A stretch of DNA of 44,528 bases from a virus. Position 1 is the first letter of the stretch. Each line of letters starts with the position of its first letter. The translations under genes and the position numbers were made by a program. Below are positions 1-9,098 of the stretch, piece by piece. The notes beneath the pieces are model-generated. The model did no database searches and was not told where the DNA came from. It worked only from the letters and a program-made list of their open reading frames with translations. The stretch spans positions 1 through 44,528 of the IMG/VR virus record IMGVR_UViG_3300015171_000002; one strand, given 5' to 3'.

Positions 1-2
1 GA

Positions 3-410
3 TCAGTTTAAATAACTGGAAGTGGTATAAGTTCGTCAGAAACATTTGGAAATTTGGTGCTTTCAGTTGGATCAGTTTCAATAACTGGAAGTGGTATTTT
101 ATCAAATGAAGGTTTTGGTAATCCCACATTAACCGCTGGAACAGTCTATATTACTGGTAGTGGAATAAATAGTTCGGAAGCATTTGGTAATCCGACATTA
201 ACAACATTTTCTTATATAACTGGTTCTGGAATTAGTTCTGGTGAAATCTTTGGTAATTCGACATTAACTACCGGCCCGGTATTTATTACGGGAAGTGGTA
301 TTAGTAGTTCTGAAAATATCGGAAATCTAACAATTAGTGTTGGAGCAGTAAATATAACCGGAAGTGGAATAAATAGTTCCGAATCATTTGGTACTACAAC
401 AATTACTTTA
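3..410 (+). repeat. Intragenic tandem repeat, ~69-nt (23-codon) period
   Basis: ATAACTGGAAGTGGTAT-like cores (ITGSGI) recur six times, e.g. 12-28 and 81-97 (69 nt apart). Confidence 0.85.
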
Positions 411-608
411 TCTGGACTAATGATTAGTCCTAGTTCAATAGATTCAGGTGAGTTATTCGGTACTTTGAATGTTATTTTAGGAGATGCACCTATACCACCA
501 TCACCAGATCAAAGACCGACACGACCATTATTTGAAAACGATACAATGCGAGATAGAGATATAGGTGGATTTATTAGGAGAATGTTAAGTGATAATAAGA
601 TATTTTAA
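3..608 (+). CDS. Repeat-containing putative virion protein, 5' end outside the window
   Basis: Six ~21-23 aa units VxITGSGIxSxExFGNxTL. The reading frame continues upstream of track start 54 to base 3, broken only by TAA at 9-11 where the next repeat has TCA (78-80). Lies just upstream of the head genes. Confidence 0.6.
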
Positions 609-615
609 TATAGAC

Positions 616-644
616 TTGACAAAATTCTAAAAATGTGGTATAAT
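616..644 (+). promoter_or_regulatory. Sigma70/SigA-type promoter with extended -10
   Basis: TTGACA(616-621)-17 bp-TATAAT(639-644), preceded by TGTGG; upstream of the protease gene. Confidence 0.85.
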
Positions 645-816
645 ATACAACATATCCCCGAAATAGTTATCTCTGGATAAACCATCGGCTACTAAGTCCA
701 GCGCAATTGACCGAATATCTATTTCAAATTTTTTGTAAATCCCCCTAAATAATAATTTAAAGTAATAAAGTGTGCCTTAGAGCATACTATCTGTTTAACT
801 CCCCCACAAGGATAAT

Positions 817-2868
817 ATGACCAATAGTTTAATAAGTTTTATTGAAAAAAGTTATATGGATGTAATTCATATAGCCGAAGATGAAAGAAAACCTAAAAGC
901 AAAGAAAATTTAGTTGAATTTTCTATGTTTATTAGTAAGGCTAACCTCGACAATAACGGTAAAATGTTGTGGGCGGCTAGTGGTAGTGATACTAAAAAAG
1001 ACTCATTTAATGAAAATATGAGCCGACAATTATTTGAAACATTTCTAAGCCATATCAATCAAGGTGTTAATTTACCTATTTATTTGAGTTTAGCACATTA
1101 TCCAAGATTGAGTGGTAAGGGTGAAGCCGGTGTAGCTACCGATGTTTTTATTGACGGCGATATTTTAAAGGCTAAAGGTTATTTTAGTAATACCCCATTA
1201 GGAACAAAAATTTATAATTCTATTCGTCAGGATAGAAGAAACAATATCGCACAAGATAAAAGAGTAAGAATTTCTATTGGATTTTATGATCAAATGCATA
1301 GTCATTCAAATGGTGTAATTTGGGAATATAAACCCGGTGTGGTTGCATCTTGTTCAGAATGTGAAAAAAATCCTAAAGGTGGAAAAACTTATTTATCTGG
1401 TGTTTTAGAACATTTTGCAGTAACCAGAGTTCCTGTAAATACTAGAACAGATATTGTTGCTAAAAGTGAAAGTGAAACTATGACAACTCGTTATGAAGAT
1501 GCTTTAAGCATCGTTGGAGATGCAAGTATTGTAGACCCTATTGAAAGAGCAGTACAAGAAGAAAGAGTGGAAAAATCTGAAACTAATCAGACCTTGATTA
1601 CAAAAGCAGATAATCCTAATCCAGTTGGAAATGCAATGGATTTACAAGTACCAAATTTAGCTAACGTAAAACCGAATAATCCAACACTTTCAACTTATCA
1701 AGTTCTTTCAGGACTACCAAAAGAAACATTATTACAACTTTTCGGCAAAATGGAATCGGATGGAACACTTTCAACCGATGCGGTTTCAGAATTAGTTAAT
1801 TATATTATGAATAATTTAACAGATAGAAGTAATGTTGAAAAAGCTGATACCGGTCAATGGCCTACACCTCTTGATAGTGGTATGCCCGGTGCTAAAGTTT
1901 CTGCTAATAAGCCAGAAAAGAAAAAGAAAGATATTATCACTGGCGAAAATGCAGAAACCGCGAAATTAAACAATATCGCTGGACACGTTGAATTTTCGGA
2001 AGCAGAAAAGACAAAGGAAACCGATATGGAGAATAAATCTAAAAATTCTAAGGATACTGATAAAGACCCCGAAGATAAAAATGAAGGGCCAGAAACAGAG
2101 CCAGAGAATGATGCAGAAGATAAAAAAGAGAAAAAAGTCAAGAAAAGTGATGTAACTGATGGTGGTAGAAGTACAAACGATACCCAACCAGATACAGTTA
2201 AACTAATTGGCGCAGTTGAAGCATTAGTAAATGCTATTGGTCAGTTAATTGCACGTCCCGCAAGCGTAGCAACTACTGGCGAAAAAGTTGAAAATGCTAA
2301 AGAGCCGGATGGAACATCTGACTTACCTTTGCCAACCAGTGCAGTTGACTTTACTACTTCAAATAACCAGATTGGCCCAGGAACACCGATTAGTGGTGGA
2401 GCGCCAAATGGTAGTTTTGATGAAGCCTCACCAATAAAAGGTGTGGTATCAGATTTTTCGGAAGCAATGAAAAACGCAGTTTCGAAGTCTGGTAATGATA
2501 GAAAAGTGGCATTTCAAGAAATTCTAAATCAAACTGCTGGAAAGATGAAAGAATTAGATGCCGCATTAGATAGTCAAAACCAAACAGTTAAGAGCGAGGG
2601 ACAGATTCAACAATTAAATGTTGAAGAAGTTGTTAATCGTATCATAGACGAAAAATTAATTCCTATTCAAGCTGGACAGGCTGAAATTAAGAGTTTAATT
2701 CAAGGTCTAACTCTTGGTAAATCAAATACAGTTTCAACACAAAAACAATTAGAAGTTCCACAGATGAAATCAATTGTTAACGCAACTGGTGTGCCACAAG
2801 TTCAGAAATCTCAGATGATGAGTATTGCTGATATTGCACATAAAACAACTATTGGAACACTAAAATAA
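817..2868 (+). CDS. Prohead protease fused to a scaffold-like C-terminal region
   Basis: N-terminal ~215 aa has HK97-type protease-like motifs (D..NE.MS, LAHY, ISIGF, EHFAVTRVPVN). The rest is low-complexity, charged and coiled-coil. Directly upstream of the capsid gene; SD AAGGA. Confidence 0.75.
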   Translation: MTNSLISFIEKSYMDVIHIAEDERKPKSKENLVEFSMFISKANLDNNGKMLWAASGSDTKKDSFNENMSRQLFETFLSHINQGVNLPIYLSLAHYPRLSGKGEAGVATDVFIDGDILKAKGYFSNTPLGTKIYNSIRQDRRNNIAQDKRVRISIGFYDQMHSHSNGVIWEYKPGVVASCSECEKNPKGGKTYLSGVLEHFAVTRVPVNTRTDIVAKSESETMTTRYEDALSIVGDASIVDPIERAVQEERVEKSETNQTLITKADNPNPVGNAMDLQVPNLANVKPNNPTLSTYQVLSGLPKETLLQLFGKMESDGTLSTDAVSELVNYIMNNLTDRSNVEKADTGQWPTPLDSGMPGAKVSANKPEKKKKDIITGENAETAKLNNIAGHVEFSEAEKTKETDMENKSKNSKDTDKDPEDKNEGPETEPENDAEDKKEKKVKKSDVTDGGRSTNDTQPDTVKLIGAVEALVNAIGQLIARPASVATTGEKVENAKEPDGTSDLPLPTSAVDFTTSNNQIGPGTPISGGAPNGSFDEASPIKGVVSDFSEAMKNAVSKSGNDRKVAFQEILNQTAGKMKELDAALDSQNQTVKSEGQIQQLNVEEVVNRIIDEKLIPIQAGQAEIKSLIQGLTLGKSNTVSTQKQLEVPQMKSIVNATGVPQVQKSQMMSIADIAHKTTIGTLK

Positions 2869-2900
2869 TCGCTAATTAATATGCGATAGGAGATTTTGAA

Positions 2901-4058
2901 ATGGAAGAAAGAATTCAAGATTTGGGTAATGGAGGACAAGGTACATTTGTAGAAAGAGCTAGTGATGCTATTATTTCACCAGTTTATTCTACTCCTGCTG
3001 ACTTTGCTGCACAATGGGCAACCCCATTAGACCCAACAGAGCTAGTAGCACTAGCCGAAGAAGCTAGTCTTTATAAGTGGCTTCCCGTATTACGAACAGT
3101 TCTAAAAGAAGAAACTTGGAGAGAATTATCTACTCTAGCGTTTACTTCTGGTAGTAGTTATATCTCATTCTCAGACGGAACATGCCCCGAAGAATATACT
3201 CACAGTGGTAGCAATACTACAGTGACTCTAAAAACTCAAGGTGCTAAGAGAAGTCTAGGAATTTCAGATATCATGCACTCAATGGGTGTAGCAAGTCTAC
3301 CTATGGGTGGTATCAATAACATGGTTGGGCCTTATGCTTCTTTCGAAGGATTGCCAGGACAACAAGCATTTGATGCTAGTACAATTGGTAGAATTCGAGA
3401 TATGAAGGCTCAAGAAATTGCATTAGCCGGTATCTTAGTTCTAAACGGCCAGGACAGACTATTAGTTCAAGGAAATTCAAACTCAAACTCATTAGAATAT
3501 GATGGTTTGGAAAGATTCCTAAGAACAGGTACAGCCTGTCACGCCGATGATTCTAACCAAACTGGTAGCTTTACTGCTCTAAAGTTTGATAGATTTATCG
3601 TTGAAGGTACAGTTAGACCAACCGTATTAACTGCTCACCCAACAGTTTTACAAGAATTACAATCTGGTTATTTCCAGTTAGGTTTTCAGGGTTCACAAGT
3701 TCTATATCACGACAACGGTAATAGACTTATCCCAGGTTTCAATTTCGCATCAAGCGTAAATACTGCGGTAGGTTCATTAGCAATGGTAGCTGATTTGAAC
3801 TTTACTAGAACTAATCTTGGTGGTGGTGCTTTCAAAGCGGTTGTTTATGCTTTGAGAATGTCACACAACGGAGTACCTCTAGTTTACAGACGAGTACAAA
3901 TTCCTTTGTCATATAAGGACTTACTACCCGGATGTACTGCAATTAGCTTTATGATTTGGGAGAAATCAGCCCTAGTTATCAAGCATCTTTGCGCCCACAA
4001 TATCTACGGTGCCGCATTTACCGGAAGGATCGTTACTACTGTACCCGTAGTTGGATAA
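2901..4058 (+). CDS. Major capsid protein
   Basis: 385 aa after the protease/scaffold, strong SD (AGGAG), EYDGL motif typical of HK97-fold capsids, followed by a strong terminator. Confidence 0.8.
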   Translation: MEERIQDLGNGGQGTFVERASDAIISPVYSTPADFAAQWATPLDPTELVALAEEASLYKWLPVLRTVLKEETWRELSTLAFTSGSSYISFSDGTCPEEYTHSGSNTTVTLKTQGAKRSLGISDIMHSMGVASLPMGGINNMVGPYASFEGLPGQQAFDASTIGRIRDMKAQEIALAGILVLNGQDRLLVQGNSNSNSLEYDGLERFLRTGTACHADDSNQTGSFTALKFDRFIVEGTVRPTVLTAHPTVLQELQSGYFQLGFQGSQVLYHDNGNRLIPGFNFASSVNTAVGSLAMVADLNFTRTNLGGGAFKAVVYALRMSHNGVPLVYRRVQIPLSYKDLLPGCTAISFMIWEKSALVIKHLCAHNIYGAAFTGRIVTTVPVVG

Positions 4059-4080
4059 TACAGTAGTTAGTTGACGAAAT

Positions 4081-4118
4081 AATAGATGCATGTATTATAA
4101 CATGCATCTATTTTTTTT
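4081..4118 (+). terminator. Rho-independent terminator after the capsid gene
   Basis: 13-bp perfect stem AATAGATGCATGT / ACATGCATCTATT, loop ATTATA, then a T-run. Confidence 0.85.
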
Positions 4119-4180
4119 AACTATTCACTATAGCAGAAAAACTAAAGAAACCTGTTATTTCTTTGTAGGTATATATCAAT

Positions 4181-4209
4181 TTGACAAAATAATAAAACTG
4201 TGATATAAT
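4181..4209 (+). promoter_or_regulatory. Sigma70-type promoter
   Basis: TTGACA(4181-4186)-17 bp-TATAAT(4204-4209), preceded by TGTGA. Confidence 0.85.
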
Positions 4210-4235
4210 GAAGAAATGAAGGAGGAAATAAATAT

Positions 4236-4574
4236 GTGATTATAATTTCTTTCCGAAATGGTAATAAAGAATTGGCTGAGATTGTGAAGGATATAAAGGA
4301 GTTAAAAAGAATGGCAGTAACATTTCAAGATACTTTAGATGAATTAGTTCAGGATGAATTGGACGAAAAAGTAGCATTACAGGCCGTAAGAGATGTTTTA
4401 GTAGCATTAAATACTAAAGTTCAAACCGGATTAGATCAGATTGCATTACTGACATCACAATTAGGTAATGCACCCACACCAGAACAATTAGCACAATTAC
4501 AGGCTACCGCTGATGCTCTAAAAGTAGATACAAAAGCGATTGTAAATACTGTAAATCCACCCGTAACACCCTAA
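4236..4574 (+). CDS. Small coiled-coil hypothetical protein in its own transcription unit
   Basis: Heptad-like helical sequence. SD GGAGG precedes GTG 4236 and a second SD precedes ATG 4311, so the start is uncertain. Flanked by its own promoter and terminator. Confidence 0.65.
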   Translation: MIIISFRNGNKELAEIVKDIKELKRMAVTFQDTLDELVQDELDEKVALQAVRDVLVALNTKVQTGLDQIALLTSQLGNAPTPEQLAQLQATADALKVDTKAIVNTVNPPVTP

Positions 4575-4597
4575 AAATAAAATAATAAAACACAAAG

Positions 4598-4623
4598 AAG
4601 AGCTTAGAAATAAGCTCTTTTTT
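4598..4623 (+). terminator. Rho-independent terminator
   Basis: AAGAGCTTA-GAAA-TAAGCTCTT stem with GNRA loop, followed by Ts. Confidence 0.85.
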
Positions 4624-4642
4624 GATTCTAATTAGAAAACAC

Positions 4643-4671
4643 TTGACAAATCGAAAAAGTTGTGATATAAT
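4643..4671 (+). promoter_or_regulatory. Sigma70-type promoter heading the sugar-modification operon
   Basis: TTGACA(4643-4648)-17 bp-TATAAT(4666-4671), preceded by TGTGA. Confidence 0.85.
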
Positions 4672-4721
4672 GCACAAAGTTTTAGTAAAGAATTCATAAT
4701 ATCTTACGAAAGGAAAAAACG

Positions 4722-5441
4722 ATGAGATTCCTTACGATTCCAAATGGTAAGGGTTATATGGCCGGATTTTATTTATTATTAGGTATAATTGTTTTTATTT
4801 GTGCCGGAACTTTAGTATTATCAAATGTCTTATTTTCAGCTTTAGGAATTATGTTATTTACAGGTGGTAAAATAGCGTGGGATTTAAATAATGCGCTTTT
4901 TCCCACTTTTACTATTTTAAGTGGTGGCCGTATTGGATTATTATTAGGTCTGGTAGGTGGTATTCTAGCCGGTGTTTCACAGATGAGATTATGGGTTATT
5001 CCAACAAAAGGTACTAAAGCAATTACCGAAAGAAAAGGTTTATTTTATTTATTAAGTGCAACATTTGTTTTATATGATATTTTAAGTACTTATTATTTTA
5101 TTATCGGTGGAGTATTTATAAGTGATATTGGTTCAATGTTATTATCTATTGGAGTATCAGTTGCCATGTTCTGTATCGGCCCAATAATGTTTTTTATATG
5201 GTCAATGGAAACAATAGTATCTAATCATAAAGAAGGTTTTTCAGCTATTGGAATTGGCATTGGAAATTTTATCGGTTTCGGTGGTCATTTATTAAAACAA
5301 GTTCAGAATCTAGCTGATTGGGAAGTAAAAGACGAAACTGAAGAAATAAAAGAAAATTTTCAAGAAAAACAACAGCCTGGGCGCGGACGTGGTAGACCAA
5401 CAAATAACAATAGAGATTTTACAGAGAGTGAGGCAATATAA
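4722..5441 (+). CDS. Integral membrane protein, ~4-5 transmembrane segments, function unknown
   Basis: Several 20+ aa hydrophobic stretches and a charged C-terminal tail; SD AAGGA. Confidence 0.7.
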   Translation: MRFLTIPNGKGYMAGFYLLLGIIVFICAGTLVLSNVLFSALGIMLFTGGKIAWDLNNALFPTFTILSGGRIGLLLGLVGGILAGVSQMRLWVIPTKGTKAITERKGLFYLLSATFVLYDILSTYYFIIGGVFISDIGSMLLSIGVSVAMFCIGPIMFFIWSMETIVSNHKEGFSAIGIGIGNFIGFGGHLLKQVQNLADWEVKDETEEIKENFQEKQQPGRGRGRPTNNNRDFTESEAI

Positions 5442-5687
5442 GTGACTGATATTTTAGCAAATGGTTCAACTTTCTTAGTTTCAAAAAGACCAATATCATA
5501 TATATCATTAGATAATGGTCATAATTATGTTCCAGTAATAAGACATAATTTGAACATAATTGAAGTAGCTGATGAAGATGTACCGGGATTATTGATGAAA
5601 CAATGTGGATGTTGTGATGCTTATTTTAAATGTTTTTCAGTCGCAAACCAGGATCAAGTAGATTTATGGAGAAGTCCAGAAGAATGA
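5442..5687 (+). CDS. Small protein with CGCC motif (paralogue of 19971..20183)
   Basis: IIEVADEDVPGLLMKQCGCC aligns by eye with LLVEDADIPDILNKKDKQGGCC; abuts or overlaps both neighbours. Confidence 0.65.
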   Translation: MTDILANGSTFLVSKRPISYISLDNGHNYVPVIRHNLNIIEVADEDVPGLLMKQCGCCDAYFKCFSVANQDQVDLWRSPEE

Positions 5688-6610
5688 TAAATAATAGAAT
5701 CGGTGTAATCGGCCCTGCTGGACGATTAGGAACAAATTTATTAGAACGGGGTTGTTCTGGTATTCAATGTGATGTTACATCTCTGGATAGTATTAAAGAA
5801 GCCATTGGTAATGAAAATTATGATTGTATAATTAATTGTGCGGCATTTACCGATGTAGATAAAGCTGAAACTGACCGGTTAACTGCTTATAATGTTAATA
5901 GTTATGGCCCCCTGAATATTGCTAAGATATTCGAAGGTAAAATAGTACATATTTCTAGTGATTATATTTTTGATGGTGAGAATGGCCCATATAAAGAAGA
6001 TGATATTGCTCATCCTCAAAATGCATATGGTTTTTCAAAATATTTAGGCGAAGTGGCTTTGAGACGATTTATGGATAGAGTATTAATTGTTAGAACAACA
6101 ATACTTTACGATAATAGTTCCAAAGCCAATTTTGTTTCCAGTGTTTACGAACAATTAAAAGCTGATAAACAAGTTAAAGTTCCTAAAACAATTATTGGTA
6201 ATCCTACCAATGTAGAACATCTTACATTAGGAATTCTAGATGCACTTGAAAAAGATGTTACCGGTATTCTAAATATATCTGGTAAAACTAGGATGAGTAG
6301 ATATGAAACTGCTATAGAAATAGCCAGATTTTTTGATTTTGATAGTAAAAATATTATGGATAGTCCTGCCTGGGGAGATGCTAAAAGACCGGAAAAGGTA
6401 GGATTTGTTTTAGATAAAGCTAGAAATTTAGGTATTCCACTTTTTTCTCTCTGGCAAGGTTTACATGAGTTCAAACATTCGATGGAGCCTAAATCTATCC
6501 CTGTAGAAATTAAAGAAAGATTAGAAAATCTTAGTTCTGGTGGAATTATTATTCCAGATAATAAACCTCTACTTTATGTATTTGATTCAACGGTAACAAA
6601 AGATGAGTAA
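5684..6610 (+). CDS. rmlD: RmlD-like NDP-4-keto-6-deoxy-sugar reductase (SDR family)
   Basis: GPAGRLG Rossmann motif, NCAAFTDVDKAE, HISSDYIFDG, YGFSK (YxxxK). Start moved to ATG 5684 (ATGA overlap with the upstream stop). Confidence 0.88.
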   Translation: MINNRIGVIGPAGRLGTNLLERGCSGIQCDVTSLDSIKEAIGNENYDCIINCAAFTDVDKAETDRLTAYNVNSYGPLNIAKIFEGKIVHISSDYIFDGENGPYKEDDIAHPQNAYGFSKYLGEVALRRFMDRVLIVRTTILYDNSSKANFVSSVYEQLKADKQVKVPKTIIGNPTNVEHLTLGILDALEKDVTGILNISGKTRMSRYETAIEIARFFDFDSKNIMDSPAWGDAKRPEKVGFVLDKARNLGIPLFSLWQGLHEFKHSMEPKSIPVEIKERLENLSSGGIIIPDNKPLLYVFDSTVTKDE

Positions 6611-7232
6611 TGTAAAACTGGTTTGGATAACTTCCAATGCTGAACAAATTATAGGTCATTGTGCCAGAGTTAGTAATCCAACTAATCAAGACAATCCCGA
6701 TGTTAGTAAATTATTGGCTTATTGTTTAAAGAATTCTCATTACTCTATATTTGAAATGGCGAATATGTGTGTCGAAATAGAAACAAGTAGAGCCATTTCA
6801 GCCCAAATTTTACGACATCGTTCTTTTAGTTTTCAGGAATTTAGTCAGAGATATGCAGAAGTTCAGACATATGAGCCATATCATGCCCGACGACAGGACT
6901 TAAAAAATCGACAGAATAGCGTTGATGATTTAGAAGAAAATGATATTAATTGGTTTTATGCCGCTCAAGATAAACTTTGGAGAGATATAGAACTTATTTA
7001 TCGACAAGCTTTAGAGCGAGGCATAGCTAAAGAAGTGGCTAGAGCCGTTTTACCAATGAGTACTCAAACCAGATTATATATGAATGGTACAATTAGAAGT
7101 TGGATAACTTATTTACAATTAAGAACTGGAAATGGAACACAATTAGAACATCAGCAAATAGCAGATAGTATTAAGTATATATTTAGAAAGGAATTGCCGA
7201 TTATTTCTTCGGCGCTAGAATGGAATATTTAG
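6603..7232 (+). CDS. thyX: Flavin-dependent thymidylate synthase
   Basis: RHRSFSFQEFSQRY signature, H.SIFE, AKEVARAVLP, Q.EH. Confidence 0.95.
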   Translation: MSNVKLVWITSNAEQIIGHCARVSNPTNQDNPDVSKLLAYCLKNSHYSIFEMANMCVEIETSRAISAQILRHRSFSFQEFSQRYAEVQTYEPYHARRQDLKNRQNSVDDLEENDINWFYAAQDKLWRDIELIYRQALERGIAKEVARAVLPMSTQTRLYMNGTIRSWITYLQLRTGNGTQLEHQQIADSIKYIFRKELPIISSALEWNI

Positions 7233-8431
7233 ATTTAGAAAGTAAAAAATGGAAACCGGGCGAATGGACATATATTAACAAGTTAAAATGGGGTAGACCG
7301 GAATTAGAACAGATTATGAAAGTTTTAGAATCTGACTGGTTTGCGGGAAACAGTAAATTTAATGAACGATTTGAAGCCAAATTAGTTGAATTTTCAGGTA
7401 TGAAATTTGCTCAAACAACAAATAGTGGAAGCGCCGCGTTAGAAATAGCAGTACAAACATTGTTACAAAAAGGTATCTGGAAACGTGGAGATAAAATACT
7501 ACATCCCGCTTTGACTTTCCCAACATCGATTTCGAGTTGCATTATGGCTGGACTTGTACCAGTATTTGTAGATGTGGACGAAGGTACTTATGTTATTTCT
7601 GATGATGGTATGGATAAAGCCTTTGAAATTCATAAAGATATTAAAGGTGCCATTATTCCGGCCTTGTTGGGAAATGTACCCAATATTGATAAATTAAAAT
7701 TCCATTTAGATAATAAACCCCTAATTATAGATAGTTGTGATGTTATGGGCAGTAAATGGGATGGTAAGGAAGTAGGAAGTTATGGAGATTTTGCGGCTTA
7801 TTCTTTTTATGGTAGTCATCATATCAGTACTTTTGGAGTCGGTGGAGGGCTTGTTACAAATAACCCGGAATATGCCAGTTTTATGAAAAGTTTAACTTTT
7901 TGGGGTAGAGATTTTTCATTTGATACCGCTGACCCAATTGAGAGTTTTTTAAGGAGATACAGTTATCAATCAATTGGCATGGATGCTCAAATGACAGCCG
8001 TTCAAGCCGCATTTGGACTAGCTCAATTTGAAAGATTACCGGAATATTTAGGTGAAAGAAATACGGTTTTTAATCGTCTACATAATCTATTTTTGAGATA
8101 TCAAGATTATTTTATTTTACCTATGCGAACAGATATTAAAGCTGATGTGAACTGGTTTTGTTTTCCCATCACTATTCGTCAAGGAACACCTTTTACTAGA
8201 GAATTTTTCGTAAAACACTTGTTAGATAAAAAAATCGAGATTCGACCAATAATGGCAGGAAACCTATGCAATCACCTTCCTTATTCTATGATTAAATCAG
8301 AAATTGTAGGTAGTCTACATAATAGTGATGTAGTAAGCAGACGTGGATTCTTTATTCCGTCTGCACCCATGAGTAGTGAACAATTGGAATATTATATTAG
8401 CGTTTTAGAAGCTTTTTTAAAGAAATATTAA
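7220..8431 (+). CDS. DegT/DnrJ-fold PLP/PMP enzyme of RfbH/ColD type (probable NDP-sugar 3-dehydratase)
   Basis: NSGSAAL, FVDVD, DSCD, SFYGSHHIST (His in place of the Schiff-base Lys), WGRD, IEIRPIMAGN. Confidence 0.85.
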   Translation: MEYLDLESKKWKPGEWTYINKLKWGRPELEQIMKVLESDWFAGNSKFNERFEAKLVEFSGMKFAQTTNSGSAALEIAVQTLLQKGIWKRGDKILHPALTFPTSISSCIMAGLVPVFVDVDEGTYVISDDGMDKAFEIHKDIKGAIIPALLGNVPNIDKLKFHLDNKPLIIDSCDVMGSKWDGKEVGSYGDFAAYSFYGSHHISTFGVGGGLVTNNPEYASFMKSLTFWGRDFSFDTADPIESFLRRYSYQSIGMDAQMTAVQAAFGLAQFERLPEYLGERNTVFNRLHNLFLRYQDYFILPMRTDIKADVNWFCFPITIRQGTPFTREFFVKHLLDKKIEIRPIMAGNLCNHLPYSMIKSEIVGSLHNSDVVSRRGFFIPSAPMSSEQLEYYISVLEAFLKKY

Positions 8432-8432
8432 T

Positions 8433-9098
8433 ATGAAACTATCAATCATAACTCCAATTTTTAATAAAGCTACTATGACAGCTAATTATATTAATACTTT
8501 AGTTCAATATATGGATGACGATGTTGAATTGATAATTATTGATAATAATTCTAGCGATAATAGCTTAAATATCTTAGCATCAGCTAGAAAGTTATTTCCA
8601 ACTAAAAATATAAAGATTTATTCACATAATAAAAATGTTGGTTTCGGCGCAGCTAATAATGCCGGTGCTAAACTGGCAAGTTCTGAAAATTTATTATTTA
8701 TTTCGAATGATGTTGTTGTAGTTGGAGATTTTATTACTCCGACTGTAGAATTCCTAACCGCTAATGTAGCTTTATGTGGCCCACATCTCTATTCTTTTGA
8801 TACGGGTTGGAATACATTCAAAGAAACATCGGTTATTCCATATGTTGAGGGGTTTTGTATGGCAATTCAAAAAACTCAATTCAACATGGTACAGGGATTC
8901 GATGAAAAGTTCTTTTTAGATATGGAAGATTTAGACCTATCTTATAGATTACATCTGGCCGGAGTAGCTTTGGCACAATTGAATTTACCAGTTGTACATC
9001 AGTTAGGTGGTAGTTTTGACCAGTTAAATGTAAATCGTTCAGATATTACAGAACAGAGTTTAGCTTATTTTATGCAGAAATGGAATCTAACCCGCTAA
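8433..9098 (+). CDS. Glycosyltransferase family 2
   Basis: LSIITPIFN, IIIDNNSSD, NVGFGAANN, FISND, GFDEKFFLDMEDLDLSYR. Confidence 0.9.
   Translation: MKLSIITPIFNKATMTANYINTLVQYMDDDVELIIIDNNSSDNSLNILASARKLFPTKNIKIYSHNKNVGFGAANNAGAKLASSENLLFISNDVVVVGDFITPTVEFLTANVALCGPHLYSFDTGWNTFKETSVIPYVEGFCMAIQKTQFNMVQGFDEKFFLDMEDLDLSYRLHLAGVALAQLNLPVVHQLGGSFDQLNVNRSDITEQSLAYFMQKWNLTR

Noticed and set aside
3-410. CRISPR array
   Set aside because: The repeats are degenerate, in-frame coding units without unique spacers; no cas genes.
4071-4101. Promoter TTGACG...TATTAT/TATAAC overlapping the capsid terminator
   Set aside because: Spacing is 16 or 19 bp and the TGTG extension of the other promoters is missing; the terminator explains the sequence.
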